A DNA stretch of 64,000 nucleotides, from assembly GCA_948468535.1 (NCBI GenBank), contig CAOKIL010000001.1:23422-87421 (forward strand), in the 5' to 3' direction. Each line of letters starts with the position of its first letter. Within the stretch, counting starts at the first letter, position 1. The notes under the pieces are model-generated. The model was not told the origin of the DNA. It did no database searches and saw nothing but the letters and a program-made list of their open reading frames with translations. Position numbers and translations under genes: made by a program. This DNA comes from an uncultured Eubacteriales bacterium (lineage in GTDB: Bacteria > Bacillota > Clostridia > Monoglobales > Monoglobaceae). Shown piece by piece: positions 1-12,469 of the stretch.

Positions 1-1770
1 AAAAATATTAAAAACAGTTCGGCAGACAAAGGCGGCAAAAGTTTTGTAAAAGGTGCAATTATACTTGGTGTTGCCAGTCTAATAGTAAAGCTGATAGGGG
101 CAGGCTTTAAAATACCTATGACCTATTTGATTGATGATGACGGAATGGGTCTGTTTAACGTTGCATATCAGATTTATACATTTATGTTTATAGTGGCAAC
201 CGCCGGCTTTCCTGTTGCGATTTCCAAAATGGTGGCAGAGAGCCTTGCACGTGAGGACGAGCGTGACGCAAAACGCGTGTTTCAGACTTCGTTTTCGCTT
301 CTTGTGGTAATCGGTCTTGCCGGAAGCATAATACTGTTTGCATTTGCACACCAGCTTGCAAATCTTGTGGCTATACCCGACGCGGAACTCGGTATAAAAG
401 CAATTTCGCCTGCTGTGTTTTTTGTATCAATGGCATCTGCTCTGAGAGGATATTTTCAGGGCAGACAGAACATGTATCCAACAGCGTTTTCTGAGGTAAT
501 AGAGTCTACAGGCAAAATGGCTATCGGTCTTATACTTGCTTCACTGTTTATGAGTATGGCAATAACCCCAAGCATTGGCAAGTCTGTGGATTTTGTTTCA
601 AGACAAATTGAATCGGCACATGCCCAAAAGGTATACGCTTCTGCCGGCGCTATCTTTGGTGTTACGACAGGTACGTTTTTGTCAGCGGTTCTTTTAATTT
701 CTATATATTTGGTTATGGCAGTTGTGCTGAAGCGTCATACAGCCATAACAGCGCCGATGACAACTGCCGCTGAAAATCTGAGACCGAGAAAGACTATACT
801 TAAAGAACTGATACTTATTGCTATACCTATCACCATAGGCGCGTCAGTTTCAAGTCTGACAACGCTGATTGATATGACAACAATAAGCCGCCGTCTGGTT
901 GTTAATCCTGCTGTGTTTGACAAGTACGCATTTATGTTTGGCCATGGTACGGAATTTGCACAAAAGGTGGTTGAACAAGGCTGGTCAGCTGCTGAAATCA
1001 ACGTTCAAAAGGCAACAACCCTATACGGTATGTACACAGGAAAAGCTCTGACAATGTTTAATCTTCCGCTGACTCTGATTGTTGCACTCGGCACAAGTAT
1101 AGTTCCTGCGATTTCAGCGGCTCTTGCAAAGAATAACAAAATTCAGGCAAGAAACATAACCGAAAGTGCAATCAGGATTGCGCTGCTTTTCGGCGCACCG
1201 TGTGCAATTGGTATGTCAGTGCTGTCAAGCGGAGTTCTTAACTTTTTGTTCAGCACAGATAACGCAAAGACGGTTTTGAGTATTTTGTCAATAGCTATTA
1301 TTCCTGTTGCTGTAGTACAGGTTACAAATGCGATACTCCAATCATACGGCAAGATGTATTATCCTGTTGTAAACATGCTTATAGGCGGAGCAGCCAAAGT
1401 TATATTTAACTATATTACAATACCGGTACTCGGTATAGACGGCGCACCGATAGGAACGTTTATTTGTTATCTTATAATTGCCGTTATTAACACTGTGCAA
1501 ATCGTCAAACTTGCTGATATAAGGTTCAGCTTCACTGATGTAATCATAAAACCTCTGATAGCCGCAGGAATTATGGGCGTATGCGGATATTTTATCGCAG
1601 GGACCTTGCCTGTGTCAAGAGTTATGACATTATTTGAAATTATAGTATGCGGTTTGGTTTACGGAATAATGATTTTCGTTGTCCGCGCTGTTAAACGCGA
1701 GGATGTACTAAACCTGCCAAAAGGCGAAAAAATCGCATATATACTTGAAAGATTTAAATTAATTAAATAG
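1..1770 (+). CDS. SpoVB/YabM-like polysaccharide biosynthesis (MOP flippase) membrane protein, 5'-truncated by the window edge
   Basis: Frame is open from base 1 (..KSFVKGAIILGVASLIVKLIGAGFKIP..). Motifs TAGFPVAISK and LRGYFQG, many TM segments, followed by mazG and an S4 gene as in the yabM-yabN-yabO order. Confidence 0.85.
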   Translation, partial: KNIKNSSADKGGKSFVKGAIILGVASLIVKLIGAGFKIPMTYLIDDDGMGLFNVAYQIYTFMFIVATAGFPVAISKMVAESLAREDERDAKRVFQTSFSLLVVIGLAGSIILFAFAHQLANLVAIPDAELGIKAISPAVFFVSMASALRGYFQGRQNMYPTAFSEVIESTGKMAIGLILASLFMSMAITPSIGKSVDFVSRQIESAHAQKVYASAGAIFGVTTGTFLSAVLLISIYLVMAVVLKRHTAITAPMTTAAENLRPRKTILKELILIAIPITIGASVSSLTTLIDMTTISRRLVVNPAVFDKYAFMFGHGTEFAQKVVEQGWSAAEINVQKATTLYGMYTGKALTMFNLPLTLIVALGTSIVPAISAALAKNNKIQARNITESAIRIALLFGAPCAIGMSVLSSGVLNFLFSTDNAKTVLSILSIAIIPVAVVQVTNAILQSYGKMYYPVVNMLIGGAAKVIFNYITIPVLGIDGAPIGTFICYLIIAVINTVQIVKLADIRFSFTDVIIKPLIAAGIMGVCGYFIAGTLPVSRVMTLFEIIVCGLVYGIMIFVVRAVKREDVLNLPKGEKIAYILERFKLIK

Positions 1771-1785
1771 TATATGGAGGGCAAA

Positions 1786-2460
1786 ATGAATTTTAACTTT
1801 AAAGAAAAAGACGATAAATATACTTTTGATGATTTGGTTGAGATTGTAGAACTTTTGCGCGCTCCTGGCGGATGTCCGTGGGACAGGGAGCAGACACACG
1901 AGAGCATAAAGCGCAATCTGGTTGAAGAGGGTTATGAATTGATTGAAGCAATTGACGAAGGTAAACCTGAGAAAATAGCTGACGAGAGCGGAGATTTGCT
2001 TTTGCAGGTTGTGTTCCATGCAATCATCGGCAAGGATAACCGAGAATATGATATAAACGATGTAACAAACGCAATCTGCCGCAAGCTGATACACCGTCAC
2101 CCGCATGTATTCGGAGACACTGAGGTATCGGGCAGCGGCGAGGTGCTTCAAAACTGGGACGCAATAAAGCGTTCTGACAGAGGACAGAATATGATTACTG
2201 ACGAACTCAGAGGTGTATCCAAGTATCTGCCGGCACTGATGCGTGCGGAGAAGATTCAAAAGAAGGCTGAAAAAGCGGGATACACAGACCCGCATACTAT
2301 CGGAAACGCATCGGCAGAAGCCGAACAATGCGGTCAAATGTTGTTTGCGACAGTTCAAATGTGCCGCAGGTCAGGTGTTGACCCGGAGCTTGCTCTTGCG
2401 TCTTACACAGAGAAGTTCATAAAAGACTTTGAGGATTTTGAGAAACAAAAGAATAATTAG
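1786..2460 (+). CDS. mazG: MazG-family nucleoside triphosphate pyrophosphohydrolase (YabN-like, second domain shortened)
   Basis: LRAPGGCPWDREQTH, EEGYELIEAI, DESGDLLLQV and KLIHRHPHVFG motifs; GGAGG RBS before ATG at 1786. Confidence 0.9.
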   Translation: MNFNFKEKDDKYTFDDLVEIVELLRAPGGCPWDREQTHESIKRNLVEEGYELIEAIDEGKPEKIADESGDLLLQVVFHAIIGKDNREYDINDVTNAICRKLIHRHPHVFGDTEVSGSGEVLQNWDAIKRSDRGQNMITDELRGVSKYLPALMRAEKIQKKAEKAGYTDPHTIGNASAEAEQCGQMLFATVQMCRRSGVDPELALASYTEKFIKDFEDFEKQKNN

Positions 2461-2472
2461 GAGAGATATATA

Positions 2473-2715
2473 ATGAGACTGGATAAGTTTTTAAAAGTGT
2501 CACGAATCATAAAACGCCGCACGGTTGCCAACGAGGCATGTGACGGAGCACGAGTGTCAGTGAACGGCAGAACAGTCAAAGCGTCATATGACGTTAAGCC
2601 CGGAGATGAAATAACGGTTATGTTTGGTGAAAAGCCGCTAAAAATAAGAGTGCTGAACGTCAAAGAAACAGTCAAAAAAGACGAGGCGCGGGATTTGTAT
2701 GAGATAGTACAATAA
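2473..2715 (+). CDS. S4-domain RNA-binding protein (YabO/RqcP-like)
   Basis: MRLDKFLKVSRIIKRRTVANEAC signature. Confidence 0.9.
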   Translation: MRLDKFLKVSRIIKRRTVANEACDGARVSVNGRTVKASYDVKPGDEITVMFGEKPLKIRVLNVKETVKKDEARDLYEIVQ

Positions 2716-2734
2716 ATATAGCTTAGATTGACAC

Positions 2735-2783
2735 AAAAATACCTCCTATGGTTTCATCTCGTTACACCATAGGAGGTATTTTT
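2735..2783. terminator. Bidirectional intrinsic terminator between convergent S4 gene and hup
   Basis: AAAAATACCTCCTATGGT...ACCATAGGAGGTATTTTT inverted repeat with A/T tails. Confidence 0.8.
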
Positions 2784-2835
2784 ATTGTCCGTGTTTAACA
2801 GTTCTGTTCAGAACCCACGGTCTTATTTATTGATA

Positions 2836-3114
2836 TTATTTACCGTTAACTAAGTCTTTGAGAGCACGTCCTGCTTTGAATGCCGGAACCTTAGCTGCCG
2901 GAATCTCCATAGCTTCACCTGTAAGAGGATTCTTACCTGTTCTTGCTGCTCTGTCTCTGATTTCAAAGCTTCCAAAACCGATGAGCTGAACTTTGTCACC
3001 ACTCTTGAGAGCATCCTGAACTGATTCAATGAAAGCTGTAAGAGCAGCCTCTGAATCCTTCTTTGTCAATCCTGATTTCTCAGCCATAGCTGAAAGTAAT
3101 TCTTGCTTATTCAT
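2836..3114 (-). CDS. hup: DNA-binding protein HU
   Basis: [32 protein letters not shown] signature. Confidence 0.95.
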   Translation of the reverse strand: MNKQELLSAMAEKSGLTKKDSEAALTAFIESVQDALKSGDKVQLIGFGSFEIRDRAARTGKNPLTGEAMEIPAAKVPAFKAGRALKDLVNGK

Positions 3115-3602
3115 TTTTTCCTCCTGATTTTAGATTTTAAAAATCTTTAATATATTGGCAAATATAAATCTATTGACTCAGCGAATTATAAAAATCGCCA
3201 AACTTTGCCTATTTCACACATTATTTTACTACAATCAGCGACAGATTTCCATATATTTTTTATGTTTTGCTCAATCTTTGTATATATTAACAAATTTCTT
3301 GCATTATAACGGACAAATACTTAAAAAATATAGTCAATTTAAACTAAAATATTATCGTTGATTTAACTGCACCAAACTACTGCCTAAGCCAAACATTACC
3401 TTATAATGATACTAAATTGCTGTTTATGAAAAACACATATAAAATTAAATATTTTTTATCACAGCTTTGTTTTGACAAAGCTCGTCAAGTGTGATATAAT
3501 TTAATCTTAAATAAACCTGTTTTAACTTTTTACTGATTTTAATTATTTGCAATTATTGTTTAAATTAAACACATTCTATATCAATACAGGAGGATAAATA
3601 AT

Positions 3603-5105
3603 ATGGCATTTTATTACAAAGAACCGTCACACACATTTAGTGAATATTTACTTGTTCCGGGATACTCTGACGCGAATTGTATTCCGTCAAATGTATCGCT
3701 TAAAACACCACTTGTGAAGTTCAGAAAGGGTGAGGAGGAACCTGCTCTATCTATGAATACACCGCTTGTTTCAGCTATTATGCAGTCTGTATCCGGTGTT
3801 GATATGGCAATCGCGCTTGCAAAGGAAGGCGGCGTATCATTTATATTTGGTTCACAGCCTATTGAGAAGCAGGCGGAAATGGTAAGAAAGGTTAAGGTGT
3901 ACAAATCCGGATTCGTTGAGTCTGATTCTAATATTTCGCCTGATGCCACACTTGCCGATGTACTTGACTTAAAGGATGAAAGAGGTCATTCGACAATTGC
4001 TGTTACGGAGGATGGAACAAAGAACAGCAAACTGGTCGGAATTGTAACAAGCCGTGATTACAGAGTAAGCCGTATGTCAAAAGATGAAAAGGTACATACA
4101 TTTATGACACCTTTTGATAAGCTTATTACGGCACCTGAGGGTACATCGCTTAAAGAAGCAAATGATATAATTTGGGAGCATAAGCTAAATTCTCTTCCGA
4201 TTATTGATAAAGACGGAAAGCTGTCGGCGTTTGTCTTTAGAAAAGATTATGAACAGCACAAAGAAAATCCTCACGAACTGCTTGACGCACACAAGAGATA
4301 CGTTGTCGGCGCAGGTATAAACACCCGTGATTTTGAAGAACGCGTACCGGCTTTAGTTGATGCAGGTGTTGATGTATTGTGTATAGATTCAAGTGAGGGC
4401 TACACCGAGTGGCAGGAAAGGACGATAAAGTTCATCCGTGAGAAATACGGCGACAACGTTAAGGTTGGAGCAGGCAACGTGGTTGACAGCGACGGCTTTA
4501 GATTTCTGGCAGATGCCGGAGCTGACTTTATAAAAATCGGTATCGGCGGCGGAAGCATATGTATTACGCGAGAGACTAAAGGTATCGGCAGAGGTCAGGC
4601 AACAGCAGTGATTGATGTTGCAAGGGCGAGAGACGAGTATTTCAGAGAGACCGGCATTTACATTCCAATTTGTTCTGATGGCGGAATTGTGCTTGACTAT
4701 CACATCACTTTGGCTTTGGCAATGGGCTGTGATTTTTGTATGCTCGGCAGATATTTTGCAAGATTTGACGAGAGCCCGACAAACAAGGTTATGGTTAACG
4801 GCAGCTACATGAAAGAATATTGGGGCGAAGGCAGTGCCAGAGCAAGAAACTGGCAGAGATACGATATGGGAGGAGCCGCAAAATTATCGTTTGTTGAAGG
4901 CGTTGACTGCTATGTTCCGTATGCAGGTTCGCTGCATGACAACATGACCACAACGCTAAGCAAGGTACGTTCCACAATGTGTAACTGCGGTGCAACAAGT
5001 ATTCCTGAGTTCCAGGAAAAGGCAAGATTAACTCTTGTAAGCAGTGTGTCAATCATTGAGGGCGGCGCACATGACGTTGTTGTTAAAGATACATATAATA
5101 ATTAA
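3603..5105 (+). CDS. guaB: IMP dehydrogenase with CBS pair
   Basis: Catalytic [23 protein letters not shown]; strong AGGAGG RBS. Confidence 0.9.
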   Translation: MAFYYKEPSHTFSEYLLVPGYSDANCIPSNVSLKTPLVKFRKGEEEPALSMNTPLVSAIMQSVSGVDMAIALAKEGGVSFIFGSQPIEKQAEMVRKVKVYKSGFVESDSNISPDATLADVLDLKDERGHSTIAVTEDGTKNSKLVGIVTSRDYRVSRMSKDEKVHTFMTPFDKLITAPEGTSLKEANDIIWEHKLNSLPIIDKDGKLSAFVFRKDYEQHKENPHELLDAHKRYVVGAGINTRDFEERVPALVDAGVDVLCIDSSEGYTEWQERTIKFIREKYGDNVKVGAGNVVDSDGFRFLADAGADFIKIGIGGGSICITRETKGIGRGQATAVIDVARARDEYFRETGIYIPICSDGGIVLDYHITLALAMGCDFCMLGRYFARFDESPTNKVMVNGSYMKEYWGEGSARARNWQRYDMGGAAKLSFVEGVDCYVPYAGSLHDNMTTTLSKVRSTMCNCGATSIPEFQEKARLTLVSSVSIIEGGAHDVVVKDTYNN

Positions 5106-5107
5106 AT

Positions 5108-5141
5108 AATCAAGACCGCCGCAAATGCGGCGGTCTTGATT
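5108..5141. terminator. Bidirectional intrinsic terminator
   Basis: AATCAAGACCGCCGC-AAAT-GCGGCGGTCTTGATT perfect hairpin. Confidence 0.85.
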
Positions 5142-5381
5142 TTAATTGTTTTCAGACTTATTTACTTCAATCACATCAGTACGCCCCAAAAGATAATCAA
5201 CTGAACAGTCAAGATAATCTGCTATTTTGGCAAGCTTAATACAAGAAAGTTCTTTACCTTTTGAAAATTCTGAAATCGCATTTATACCCATGCCTAAATC
5301 ATTGAGCATAGTTTTCATAGTACAATTTCTGCTTTTTAGGATTGTTTTTATACGACCTGCAATTTCTTGTGTAAAATACAT
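5142..5381 (-). CDS. XRE-family helix-turn-helix regulator
   Basis: LAKIADYLDCSVDYLLGR C-terminal HTH signature; AGGAG RBS. Confidence 0.8.
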   Translation of the reverse strand: MYFTQEIAGRIKTILKSRNCTMKTMLNDLGMGINAISEFSKGKELSCIKLAKIADYLDCSVDYLLGRTDVIEVNKSENN

Positions 5382-5720
5382 AAAAATATACTCCTATTTC
5401 TGTACAATACAAACAAAATCATGTTATAACAAAATTCAGCCCTTGGCGCTCACGTTTTAACATGATACAATGCAACTAAGTTATAAATCTATAACTTAAA
5501 AAACGCAAAAACTATCACAAATCAATATACATAATCAAAGTCGGTTACACAGCTTTGAGCAATAGATTGTTGTTAAATTATTTCGACAAAATTATTATAC
5601 AACAATTTATCATAATTTGCAATAGTTTTTGAAAAAATGCTACGATTGTCGCTACACAAATCAAAAGATAAAGGCGCCCGACATGGGTGCCTTTATCTTT
5701 TGAAAAACGTAGTTTTTCAA

Positions 5721-6530
5721 TTATTCAGCCGCTGCTTCTTTAAGCTCCTGAACTTTTTGCTTTACATTATTAATCTTCTCGCTTGGAGTGCTGCCGGCTG
5801 CTACTTGTTTTACTATTGCACTGCCGACGATTACTCCGTCACAATAATGTTTAAGCGCAGCGACATGCTCAGGCTTTGAGATTCCGAATCCTATACATTT
5901 GGGCATATCGGAAAAACTGTTGAGTTTTGCAAACATATTGTCAAAATCCGTATTGAATCCGTCACGAACTCCGGTAACGCCCATTGACGAAACACAATAT
6001 AAAAATCCTTTTGCCCTGTCACAAATCTTTTTCATACGTTCCTCTGACGATGTCGGCGAAACCAGCGAAATCTGATAAACGCCGTACTTTTCAGTATAGT
6101 CATAAATCTCACCGCTTTCTTCAAACGGCAAGTCTGGAATAATAACTCCGTCAATACCGCATTCTGTACATCTTTCAAAAAACTTTTCACGTCCGTATGT
6201 AAGTAGCGAATTGTAATACATCAAATAAACCAATGGAATCTGTGTTTCACATCTGAGTTCCTTAACAGCATCGAAAATCTTGTCAAGAGTGATTCCGTCT
6301 TTATTGTCAAGCGCTCTTACATTTGCCTCTTGTATAACAGGTCCTTCCGCCATTGGGTCTGAGAACGGAATACCAAGCTCAATAAGACTTGCTCCGCTTT
6401 TTTCCATCTCAATCACCAATTTTTTAGACGTATCTATATCCGGGTCGCCCATTGTGATAAACGTAACAAGTGCAGTTTCATTATTCTCGCGCAGATTCTT
6501 GAATGCTGTATCTATTCTGTTGTTAGTCAT
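5721..6530 (-). CDS. trpA: Tryptophan synthase alpha chain
   Basis: [36 protein letters not shown]. Confidence 0.95.
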   Translation of the reverse strand: MTNNRIDTAFKNLRENNETALVTFITMGDPDIDTSKKLVIEMEKSGASLIELGIPFSDPMAEGPVIQEANVRALDNKDGITLDKIFDAVKELRCETQIPLVYLMYYNSLLTYGREKFFERCTECGIDGVIIPDLPFEESGEIYDYTEKYGVYQISLVSPTSSEERMKKICDRAKGFLYCVSSMGVTGVRDGFNTDFDNMFAKLNSFSDMPKCIGFGISKPEHVAALKHYCDGVIVGSAIVKQVAAGSTPSEKINNVKQKVQELKEAAAE

Positions 6531-7719
6531 TAATCTCTACCCCCATGTATCTTGCGACTGATTTTACGTCCTTATCGCCTCTTCCTGAAATAGTAATGAC
6601 AACTATATCGTCACTGCTCATATTAGGGACAATTTTTAATGCCTGCGCTACAGCGTGAGAACTTTCAATTGCAGGTATGATTCCCTCAGTCTTAGTCAGA
6701 TAACAAAACGCGTCAACAGCCTCTTTGTCAGTCACCGGATAATATTCCGCTCTTCCGATATCGTTCAAAAATGCGTGTTCGGGACCTATGCCCGGATAGT
6801 CAAGACCTGCCGAGATTGAGTATACTTCCATAATTCCGCCGCGGTTATCCTGAAGGAACAACGACTTCATTCCGTGCAGAACTCCGACTTCGCCTTTTGT
6901 AACGGTTGCAGCATGGTATTTTGTATCTACTCCATTGCCTGCCGCCTCTGCGCCTATCAGGCGCACATCCTTATCATCAATGAAGTCATAAAACGTACCA
7001 ATCGCATTGCTTCCGCCGCCTACACATGCAATAACCGCGCTTGGCAGTCTGCCCTCTTTTTTCATAAGCTGTTCTTTTATCTCGGCGCCTATAACTCTCT
7101 GAAAGTCACGCACAATACTCGGATACGGGTGCGGACCTACTGCTGAACCCAATACATAAAATGTATCGTTGGCATTTGCCGCCCACGCACGCATGGCTTC
7201 GCTGCAAGCATCTTTAAGCGTCATTGTACCCGATGTGACAGCATGAACCTTTGCCCCCAAAAGTTCCATACGGAACACATTCAGCTCCTGACGTTTTGTA
7301 TCCTCTTTGCCCATGTATACTTCACATTCCATACCAAAAAGCGCGGCGGCTGTTGCTGCAGCAACACCATGCTGTCCTGCGCCTGTCTCTGCAATAATTT
7401 TCTTCTTGCCCATACGCTTTGCCAAAAGCGCTTGACCTAACACGTTGTTTATTTTGTGAGCACCTGTATGGTTTAAATCCTCGCGCTTTAGGTACACTTT
7501 TGCTCCGCCGAGATCCTTTGTCATTCTTTCGGCATAATATAAGCGAGACGGTCTGCCTGCATATTCGTTTAAGTAATATTTAAGCTCCTGCCTGAAGTCA
7601 GGGGCGTCTTTATACTTGTTATATGCTGTTTCAAGTTCATCCAATGCAAACATCAGTGTTTCCGGCGCATACTGACCGCCAAAAATACCGAATTTGCCTG
7701 ATTTGCCTGTATTATTCAT
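6523..7719 (-). CDS. trpB: Tryptophan synthase beta chain
   Basis: [16 protein letters not shown] (PLP lysine), [22 protein letters not shown]. Start taken at MNNTGK after an AGGAAAGG RBS. Confidence 0.95.
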   Translation of the reverse strand: MNNTGKSGKFGIFGGQYAPETLMFALDELETAYNKYKDAPDFRQELKYYLNEYAGRPSRLYYAERMTKDLGGAKVYLKREDLNHTGAHKINNVLGQALLAKRMGKKKIIAETGAGQHGVAAATAAALFGMECEVYMGKEDTKRQELNVFRMELLGAKVHAVTSGTMTLKDACSEAMRAWAANANDTFYVLGSAVGPHPYPSIVRDFQRVIGAEIKEQLMKKEGRLPSAVIACVGGGSNAIGTFYDFIDDKDVRLIGAEAAGNGVDTKYHAATVTKGEVGVLHGMKSLFLQDNRGGIMEVYSISAGLDYPGIGPEHAFLNDIGRAEYYPVTDKEAVDAFCYLTKTEGIIPAIESSHAVAQALKIVPNMSSDDIVVITISGRGDKDVKSVARYMGVEIND

Positions 7720-7748
7720 TGCGTTTTTCCTTTCCTGTTTCATGCAAG

Positions 7749-8384
7749 TCATTTTTTTACTGCATTTACTGCCTGAATTATTTTGTTTCTGTCTTTGACA
7801 TTGTTTGTCTCAACGCCCGAACTTAAATCAACTGCATACGGAAATACCGTTTCAATCGTTGACTTTATATTGGATTTGTTAAGCCCTCCGGCGATAATCA
7901 GTTTTTCGCGTTCGATATCCATGACAAGCCGCGGGTCAAATGTTTTGCCCTGACCGCCGTAGCCTTCCGCATATGCGTCAGCGAGGTATCTGTCCGCATG
8001 GTTGATAGTTTTGAGCATGGACAAGTCAAACTCATTCTTTATACGAACCGCCTTCCATACCTCATGAAGATTCGGACACAGTCTTTTGACCTCGTCAATC
8101 AAGCGATTATCCTCATCACCGTGAAGCTGGATAATATCAAGATTTGTGGTCTGCATAGTCCGGGCGATTTCCTGCGCGGTAATGTTCACAAACACACCGA
8201 CAGATTTAATACGTTTATCTAGTTTTTGTATTAGGGCTGACGCTTGCTCTGCACTGACATATCTGTGACTTTTGGGATAGAATACAAATCCTGCAAAATC
8301 GGGAAGCGCCTCATTTACATAATCGATATCCTCACTGCGTGACAGACCGCAGATTTTGATTTTTGTTTCAAGTTGTTTATTCAT
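7749..8384 (-). CDS. trpF: Phosphoribosylanthranilate isomerase
   Basis: [32 protein letters not shown]. Confidence 0.95.
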   Translation of the reverse strand: MNKQLETKIKICGLSRSEDIDYVNEALPDFAGFVFYPKSHRYVSAEQASALIQKLDKRIKSVGVFVNITAQEIARTMQTTNLDIIQLHGDEDNRLIDEVKRLCPNLHEVWKAVRIKNEFDLSMLKTINHADRYLADAYAEGYGGQGKTFDPRLVMDIEREKLIIAGGLNKSNIKSTIETVFPYAVDLSSGVETNNVKDRNKIIQAVNAVKK

Positions 8385-8394
8385 AACTATATTA

Positions 8395-9201
8395 TTATAT
8401 CATACTATGCCTCAGAATTTCAACTGCTTTTGACACATTATCATGCCGCATAAAAGTCTCGCCAATCAAAACTGCGTCTACACCTATACTATCAAGATAT
8501 TTCAGGTCGCTTCCGTCTTTAATTCCGCTTTCGGAAACAATGACTTTGCGGCTTCGGTCGTTTATGTTTATCCGGTCAAGCAAACCTTCTGTGGTATGAA
8601 TGTCAACCTCAAAAGTTTTTAGATTTCGGTTGTTTACACCGATTATATCCGCTCCGATATCCAGTACGCGTTTTAATTCTTCATCACCGTGTACTTCAAC
8701 GAGGCATTTCATGCCGAGTGATTCTGCAGTTTGCTTGAACTCTCTCATAGTCTTATCATCAAGAATTGCCGCTATTAACAAAATCGCATCAGCGCCGATT
8801 TGATAAGCCTCGTATATTTGATAATCGTCAATAATAAAGTCCTTACGCAAAAGAGGTATGTCCGATATTTGTCGGATATCACTCAGGAATTCAGGCTGAC
8901 CCAAAAAGAAGTCAGTTTCTGTCAGCACTGACATAGCCTGAACATCAGACTTTAAGTATTCCTGCGCCACCTCAATATGGTTCATATCCGGACGGATAAG
9001 CCCTTTTGACGGAGACGCCTTTTTCACCTCTGCGATTATCGAGATTTTCTCATAGTCCTTGAGTACATTATAAAAGCTGATGACCGTTCGGCTGCCATAC
9101 GACTTTTCTACATCGCCTCTGAGCGTTTTATATGATACCTTCTGTTTTAAATTTTCAAGATAGATTTTCTTTTTTGTAACTATTTTTTCGAGTATATCCA
9201 T
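8395..9201 (-). CDS. trpC: Indole-3-glycerol phosphate synthase
   Basis: IIAEVKKASPSKG, LRKDFI, GVNNRNL, SESGI. Start MDILEKIV after GGAGG. Confidence 0.95.
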   Translation of the reverse strand: MDILEKIVTKKKIYLENLKQKVSYKTLRGDVEKSYGSRTVISFYNVLKDYEKISIIAEVKKASPSKGLIRPDMNHIEVAQEYLKSDVQAMSVLTETDFFLGQPEFLSDIRQISDIPLLRKDFIIDDYQIYEAYQIGADAILLIAAILDDKTMREFKQTAESLGMKCLVEVHGDEELKRVLDIGADIIGVNNRNLKTFEVDIHTTEGLLDRININDRSRKVIVSESGIKDGSDLKYLDSIGVDAVLIGETFMRHDNVSKAVEILRHSMI

Positions 9202-9266
9202 AATTGTTATATCCTCCGAGCTGCCTAAACAATAATTCACATAACAAAACAAGAGCTGTTGTAATT

Positions 9267-10289
9267 TTACGCAACCCAATTTGTAAATGCTTTCAGTTCT
9301 TCAAGTTTTACCAACGCATTTCCGTTATCTATTGCAGTCTCTGCCATGCGTACGCCTTGTTCAATCGAGTCGGCAAGACCTGTTGTATAAATCGCTGCGC
9401 CTGCGTTAAGCACAACTATATCACGCTTTGCGCCTTTTTGACCGTTTAATATATCAAGTGTGATTTTTGCATTTTCTTCAACTGTTCCTCCTGCTATATC
9501 ATCAGATGATTTGGCAGTCGCAAGCCCCACATCCTCAGGAGATATATAATAGTCAATAACCTCGCCATTTTTAATTTCAGAAATTTTTGTTTTGCCGAGT
9601 ATTGAAAGTTCGTCCATGTTATTATCCACTCCGCATACAGCCATACCTTCTGTTACACCAAGGTTCATCATGGCGTTTGCAATTGGGTGCGTGAGCTCAG
9701 TATCAAAAACTCCGATAACCTGATGCTTAGCGTTTGACGGATTTGAAAGCGGACCTAAGATATTAAAAATTGTACGCATTTTTAAGTCTGCTCTGACATC
9801 GGATACGGTTTTCATGCACGGGTGCATGGTTCTGGCAAACATAAAGCCTATACCTGTTTTTTCGACACACTCCTTGACCTGCTTAGGCGTGAGCATTATA
9901 TTAACGCCAAGCGCCTCAAGAACGTCTGCACTGCCGCATTTGCTTGAAACCGCACGGTTGCCGTGCTTTGCTGTTTTGGCTCCTGCGCCGCAGATTACAA
10001 ATGCAGCAGTTGTAGAGATATTGAAAGTATTTGTGCCGTCACCGCCGGTTCCCACACAGTCAACATAGTCATCCACATCAGGCTTGATACCAATTGACTT
10101 ACTGTTCATGATTGCTGCGCTGCCGCTTATTTCGTCTATTGTTTCGCCTTTTATACGCAGTGCAACAAGATATGCGGCTATTTGTGCAGGTGTTGCTCCG
10201 CCTTCAAGGACTTCATCCATCGCCTGTTTTACTTCGTCATAAGTCAAGTTTTGTCCGTTCGCAAGTTTTTGTATATATGTTTCAATCAT
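9267..10289 (-). CDS. trpD: Anthranilate phosphoribosyltransferase
   Basis: DCVGTGGDG, NISTTAA, KHGNRAVSSKCGSAD. Confidence 0.95.
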   Translation of the reverse strand: MIETYIQKLANGQNLTYDEVKQAMDEVLEGGATPAQIAAYLVALRIKGETIDEISGSAAIMNSKSIGIKPDVDDYVDCVGTGGDGTNTFNISTTAAFVICGAGAKTAKHGNRAVSSKCGSADVLEALGVNIMLTPKQVKECVEKTGIGFMFARTMHPCMKTVSDVRADLKMRTIFNILGPLSNPSNAKHQVIGVFDTELTHPIANAMMNLGVTEGMAVCGVDNNMDELSILGKTKISEIKNGEVIDYYISPEDVGLATAKSSDDIAGGTVEENAKITLDILNGQKGAKRDIVVLNAGAAIYTTGLADSIEQGVRMAETAIDNGNALVKLEELKAFTNWVA

Positions 10290-10304
10290 AACATTAATCT
10301 CCTT

Positions 10305-10886
10305 TCAGTTCCTCTTTATACTCAGGAAATTTTCAAGCATTTTCATTCCGCATGGGGTCATGACGGATTCGGGATGGAACTGCAATCCAAAAGTTGGGTA
10401 CTCACAATGCTCCATCGCCATTATAACATTATCTTTGCTGCGTGCCGTAACCTTTAGACACTTAGGCAACACACTTTCATCCGTCATAAGCGAGTGATAT
10501 CTCGCCGCTTCAAACTCGTCTTTATCCATACCACAAAACAGTTTTGAACTTTTGTCGATAATTCTGATTTTTTCCGCCTTACCTTGAACCAATGTAGGTG
10601 CATGAACTGTTCTTCCGCCAAAAGCCTCTCCGATAGACTGATGTCCCAGACACACCCCGAGTATAGGATATTTTGTGTGGAGTTTTTGTATTGCTTCGAT
10701 TGTTATTCCTGCATCCTTTGGCGCCTTCGGTCCCGGCGACAGTATTATGTGGCTTGGGTTAAGATGTTCGATTTCTTCAATCGTTATTTTGTCGTTTCTG
10801 TATACTTGCACATCAGGATTAAGAGTTCCGACATACTGATACAGGTTGTATGTAAATGAATCATAGTTATCAATAATCAAAACCAT
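10305..10886 (-). CDS. trpG: Anthranilate synthase component II (class I glutamine amidotransferase)
   Basis: IDNYDSFTYNL, SPGP, GVCLGHQ, QFHPES. Confidence 0.95.
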   Translation of the reverse strand: MVLIIDNYDSFTYNLYQYVGTLNPDVQVYRNDKITIEEIEHLNPSHIILSPGPKAPKDAGITIEAIQKLHTKYPILGVCLGHQSIGEAFGGRTVHAPTLVQGKAEKIRIIDKSSKLFCGMDKDEFEAARYHSLMTDESVLPKCLKVTARSKDNVIMAMEHCEYPTFGLQFHPESVMTPCGMKMLENFLSIKRN

Positions 10887-12373
10887 TACAGATCACCTGC
10901 CTTTTCTATCGCCTTAATCATAGCCATTGCCTTGTTTACCGTTTCTGTATATTCAGTTTCGGGAACCGAGTCATACACAATTCCCGCACCTGCCTGAACA
11001 TATGCTTTGTTATCCTTAAACAGCGCTGTACGTATGGTTATGCACGAATCCAAACTTCCGCCAAAACTGATATATCCTATTGCTCCGCCGTAAAATCCGC
11101 GCTTCACGTTTTCGAGTTCGTCTATTATCTCCATTGCTCTGACTTTCGGTGCACCCGATAGCGTTCCGGCAGGAAGAACTGCCTCAAGCGCATCAAACGG
11201 ACTTTTGTCCTCACGCAGCTTTCCTGCCACATCAGAAGTCATGTGCATGATATGTGAGAATCTCTGAATATATTTCTGCCGCATAACCCTTACACTACCG
11301 AACTCACTGACCTTGCCTATATCGTTTCTGCCGAGGTCAACAAGCATCATATGTTCTGCATTCTCTTTTTCATCGGCTATGAGTTCACGTTCATTTTCAA
11401 TGTCAGCCTCATCTGTCTTGCCTCTGGGTCTCGAACCGGCTATGGGGCTGTTGTACACGTTTCCGTCCTCTACCCTTACAAGCATTTCGGGCGATGCACC
11501 CGCAATCTGACAGCTATCAAACTTCAAATAATACATATACGGTGACGGATTAATCACACGTATCGCACGGTAAGCGTTAAACGGATCGCTGTAATTTTCT
11601 ATCTCAAATCTTTGTGACAGTACGACTTGAAATATATCGCCGTTTTTTATATATTCTTTTGCTTTTTCTACATTGGCACAGAACTCTTCACGGCTGATAT
11701 TGGATTTTGGCTTTGCCGCCGACCTGTAACCGTTAATCTTTTTCGGCTTTGGGATATATGGTGCATCCAGCTCGTTTTTGATTTTCATAAGCTGTTCCAT
11801 TGCCCTATCGTATTTCACGCGCAAATCATCGAGTGTATCATTTCTATAAGCATGAATATTGACTATAAGTATAAGTTTTTTTGCCTTGTTATCAAATGTG
11901 ATAATCTCGTCAGTGAACATAAAGTGCATATCCGGCTGATTTAGGTCATCATTTGGGATATTGGGCAGATTTTCTGTAAACCTAACCGTGTCATATGCAA
12001 AACACCCCACCGCACCTGCGCTGAACGGCGGTATACCTTCAACAACAGGTGACTTATACTTCTCTGAATATTCATGCAGAACGTCTGTCGGGCTTCCTGT
12101 AACTTCAGCAGACGCGCCGTTATAGTCGGTAACAATTGTTTTGTCTCCGCGAGCTTTAAGTATCAAAAACGGGTTTCTTCCAATAAATGAATAGCGATTG
12201 GTTATCTCGTTGCCTTCAACTGATTCTAATAAAAAACAAAATTTTTCAGTTTCAAGTTTACGGAATGCGGAAATAGGTGTGTCCATATCCGCAAATACAG
12301 ACATAGCAACCGGAATCAAATTATACCCGCTTTCGGCATAATCACACACGGTTTTAAAATCAGGATAAAACAT
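10886..12373 (-). CDS. trpE: Anthranilate synthase component I
   Basis: [46 protein letters not shown]. Confidence 0.95.
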   Translation of the reverse strand: MFYPDFKTVCDYAESGYNLIPVAMSVFADMDTPISAFRKLETEKFCFLLESVEGNEITNRYSFIGRNPFLILKARGDKTIVTDYNGASAEVTGSPTDVLHEYSEKYKSPVVEGIPPFSAGAVGCFAYDTVRFTENLPNIPNDDLNQPDMHFMFTDEIITFDNKAKKLILIVNIHAYRNDTLDDLRVKYDRAMEQLMKIKNELDAPYIPKPKKINGYRSAAKPKSNISREEFCANVEKAKEYIKNGDIFQVVLSQRFEIENYSDPFNAYRAIRVINPSPYMYYLKFDSCQIAGASPEMLVRVEDGNVYNSPIAGSRPRGKTDEADIENERELIADEKENAEHMMLVDLGRNDIGKVSEFGSVRVMRQKYIQRFSHIMHMTSDVAGKLREDKSPFDALEAVLPAGTLSGAPKVRAMEIIDELENVKRGFYGGAIGYISFGGSLDSCITIRTALFKDNKAYVQAGAGIVYDSVPETEYTETVNKAMAMIKAIEKAGDL

Positions 12374-12413
12374 AAAAAAAGCCTCCTCTAATTTAAAAAA
12401 TCAAGAGTAGACC
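12374..12413 (-). terminator. trp leader terminator / RBS-sequestering hairpin
   Basis: Minus strand GTCTACTCTTGATTT-TTT-AAATTAGAGGAGGC followed by a T-run and the trpE ATG; the 3' arm contains the RBS. Confidence 0.5.
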
Positions 12414-12469
12414 GCGATATCAATATTAAGTTTGTTTTACGCCAAAACATTTGGAGTATTTTTAGTATA

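Noticed and set aside
3360-3602. Purine riboswitch upstream of guaB
   Set aside because: No aptamer consensus visible; the leader is plain AT-rich sequence.
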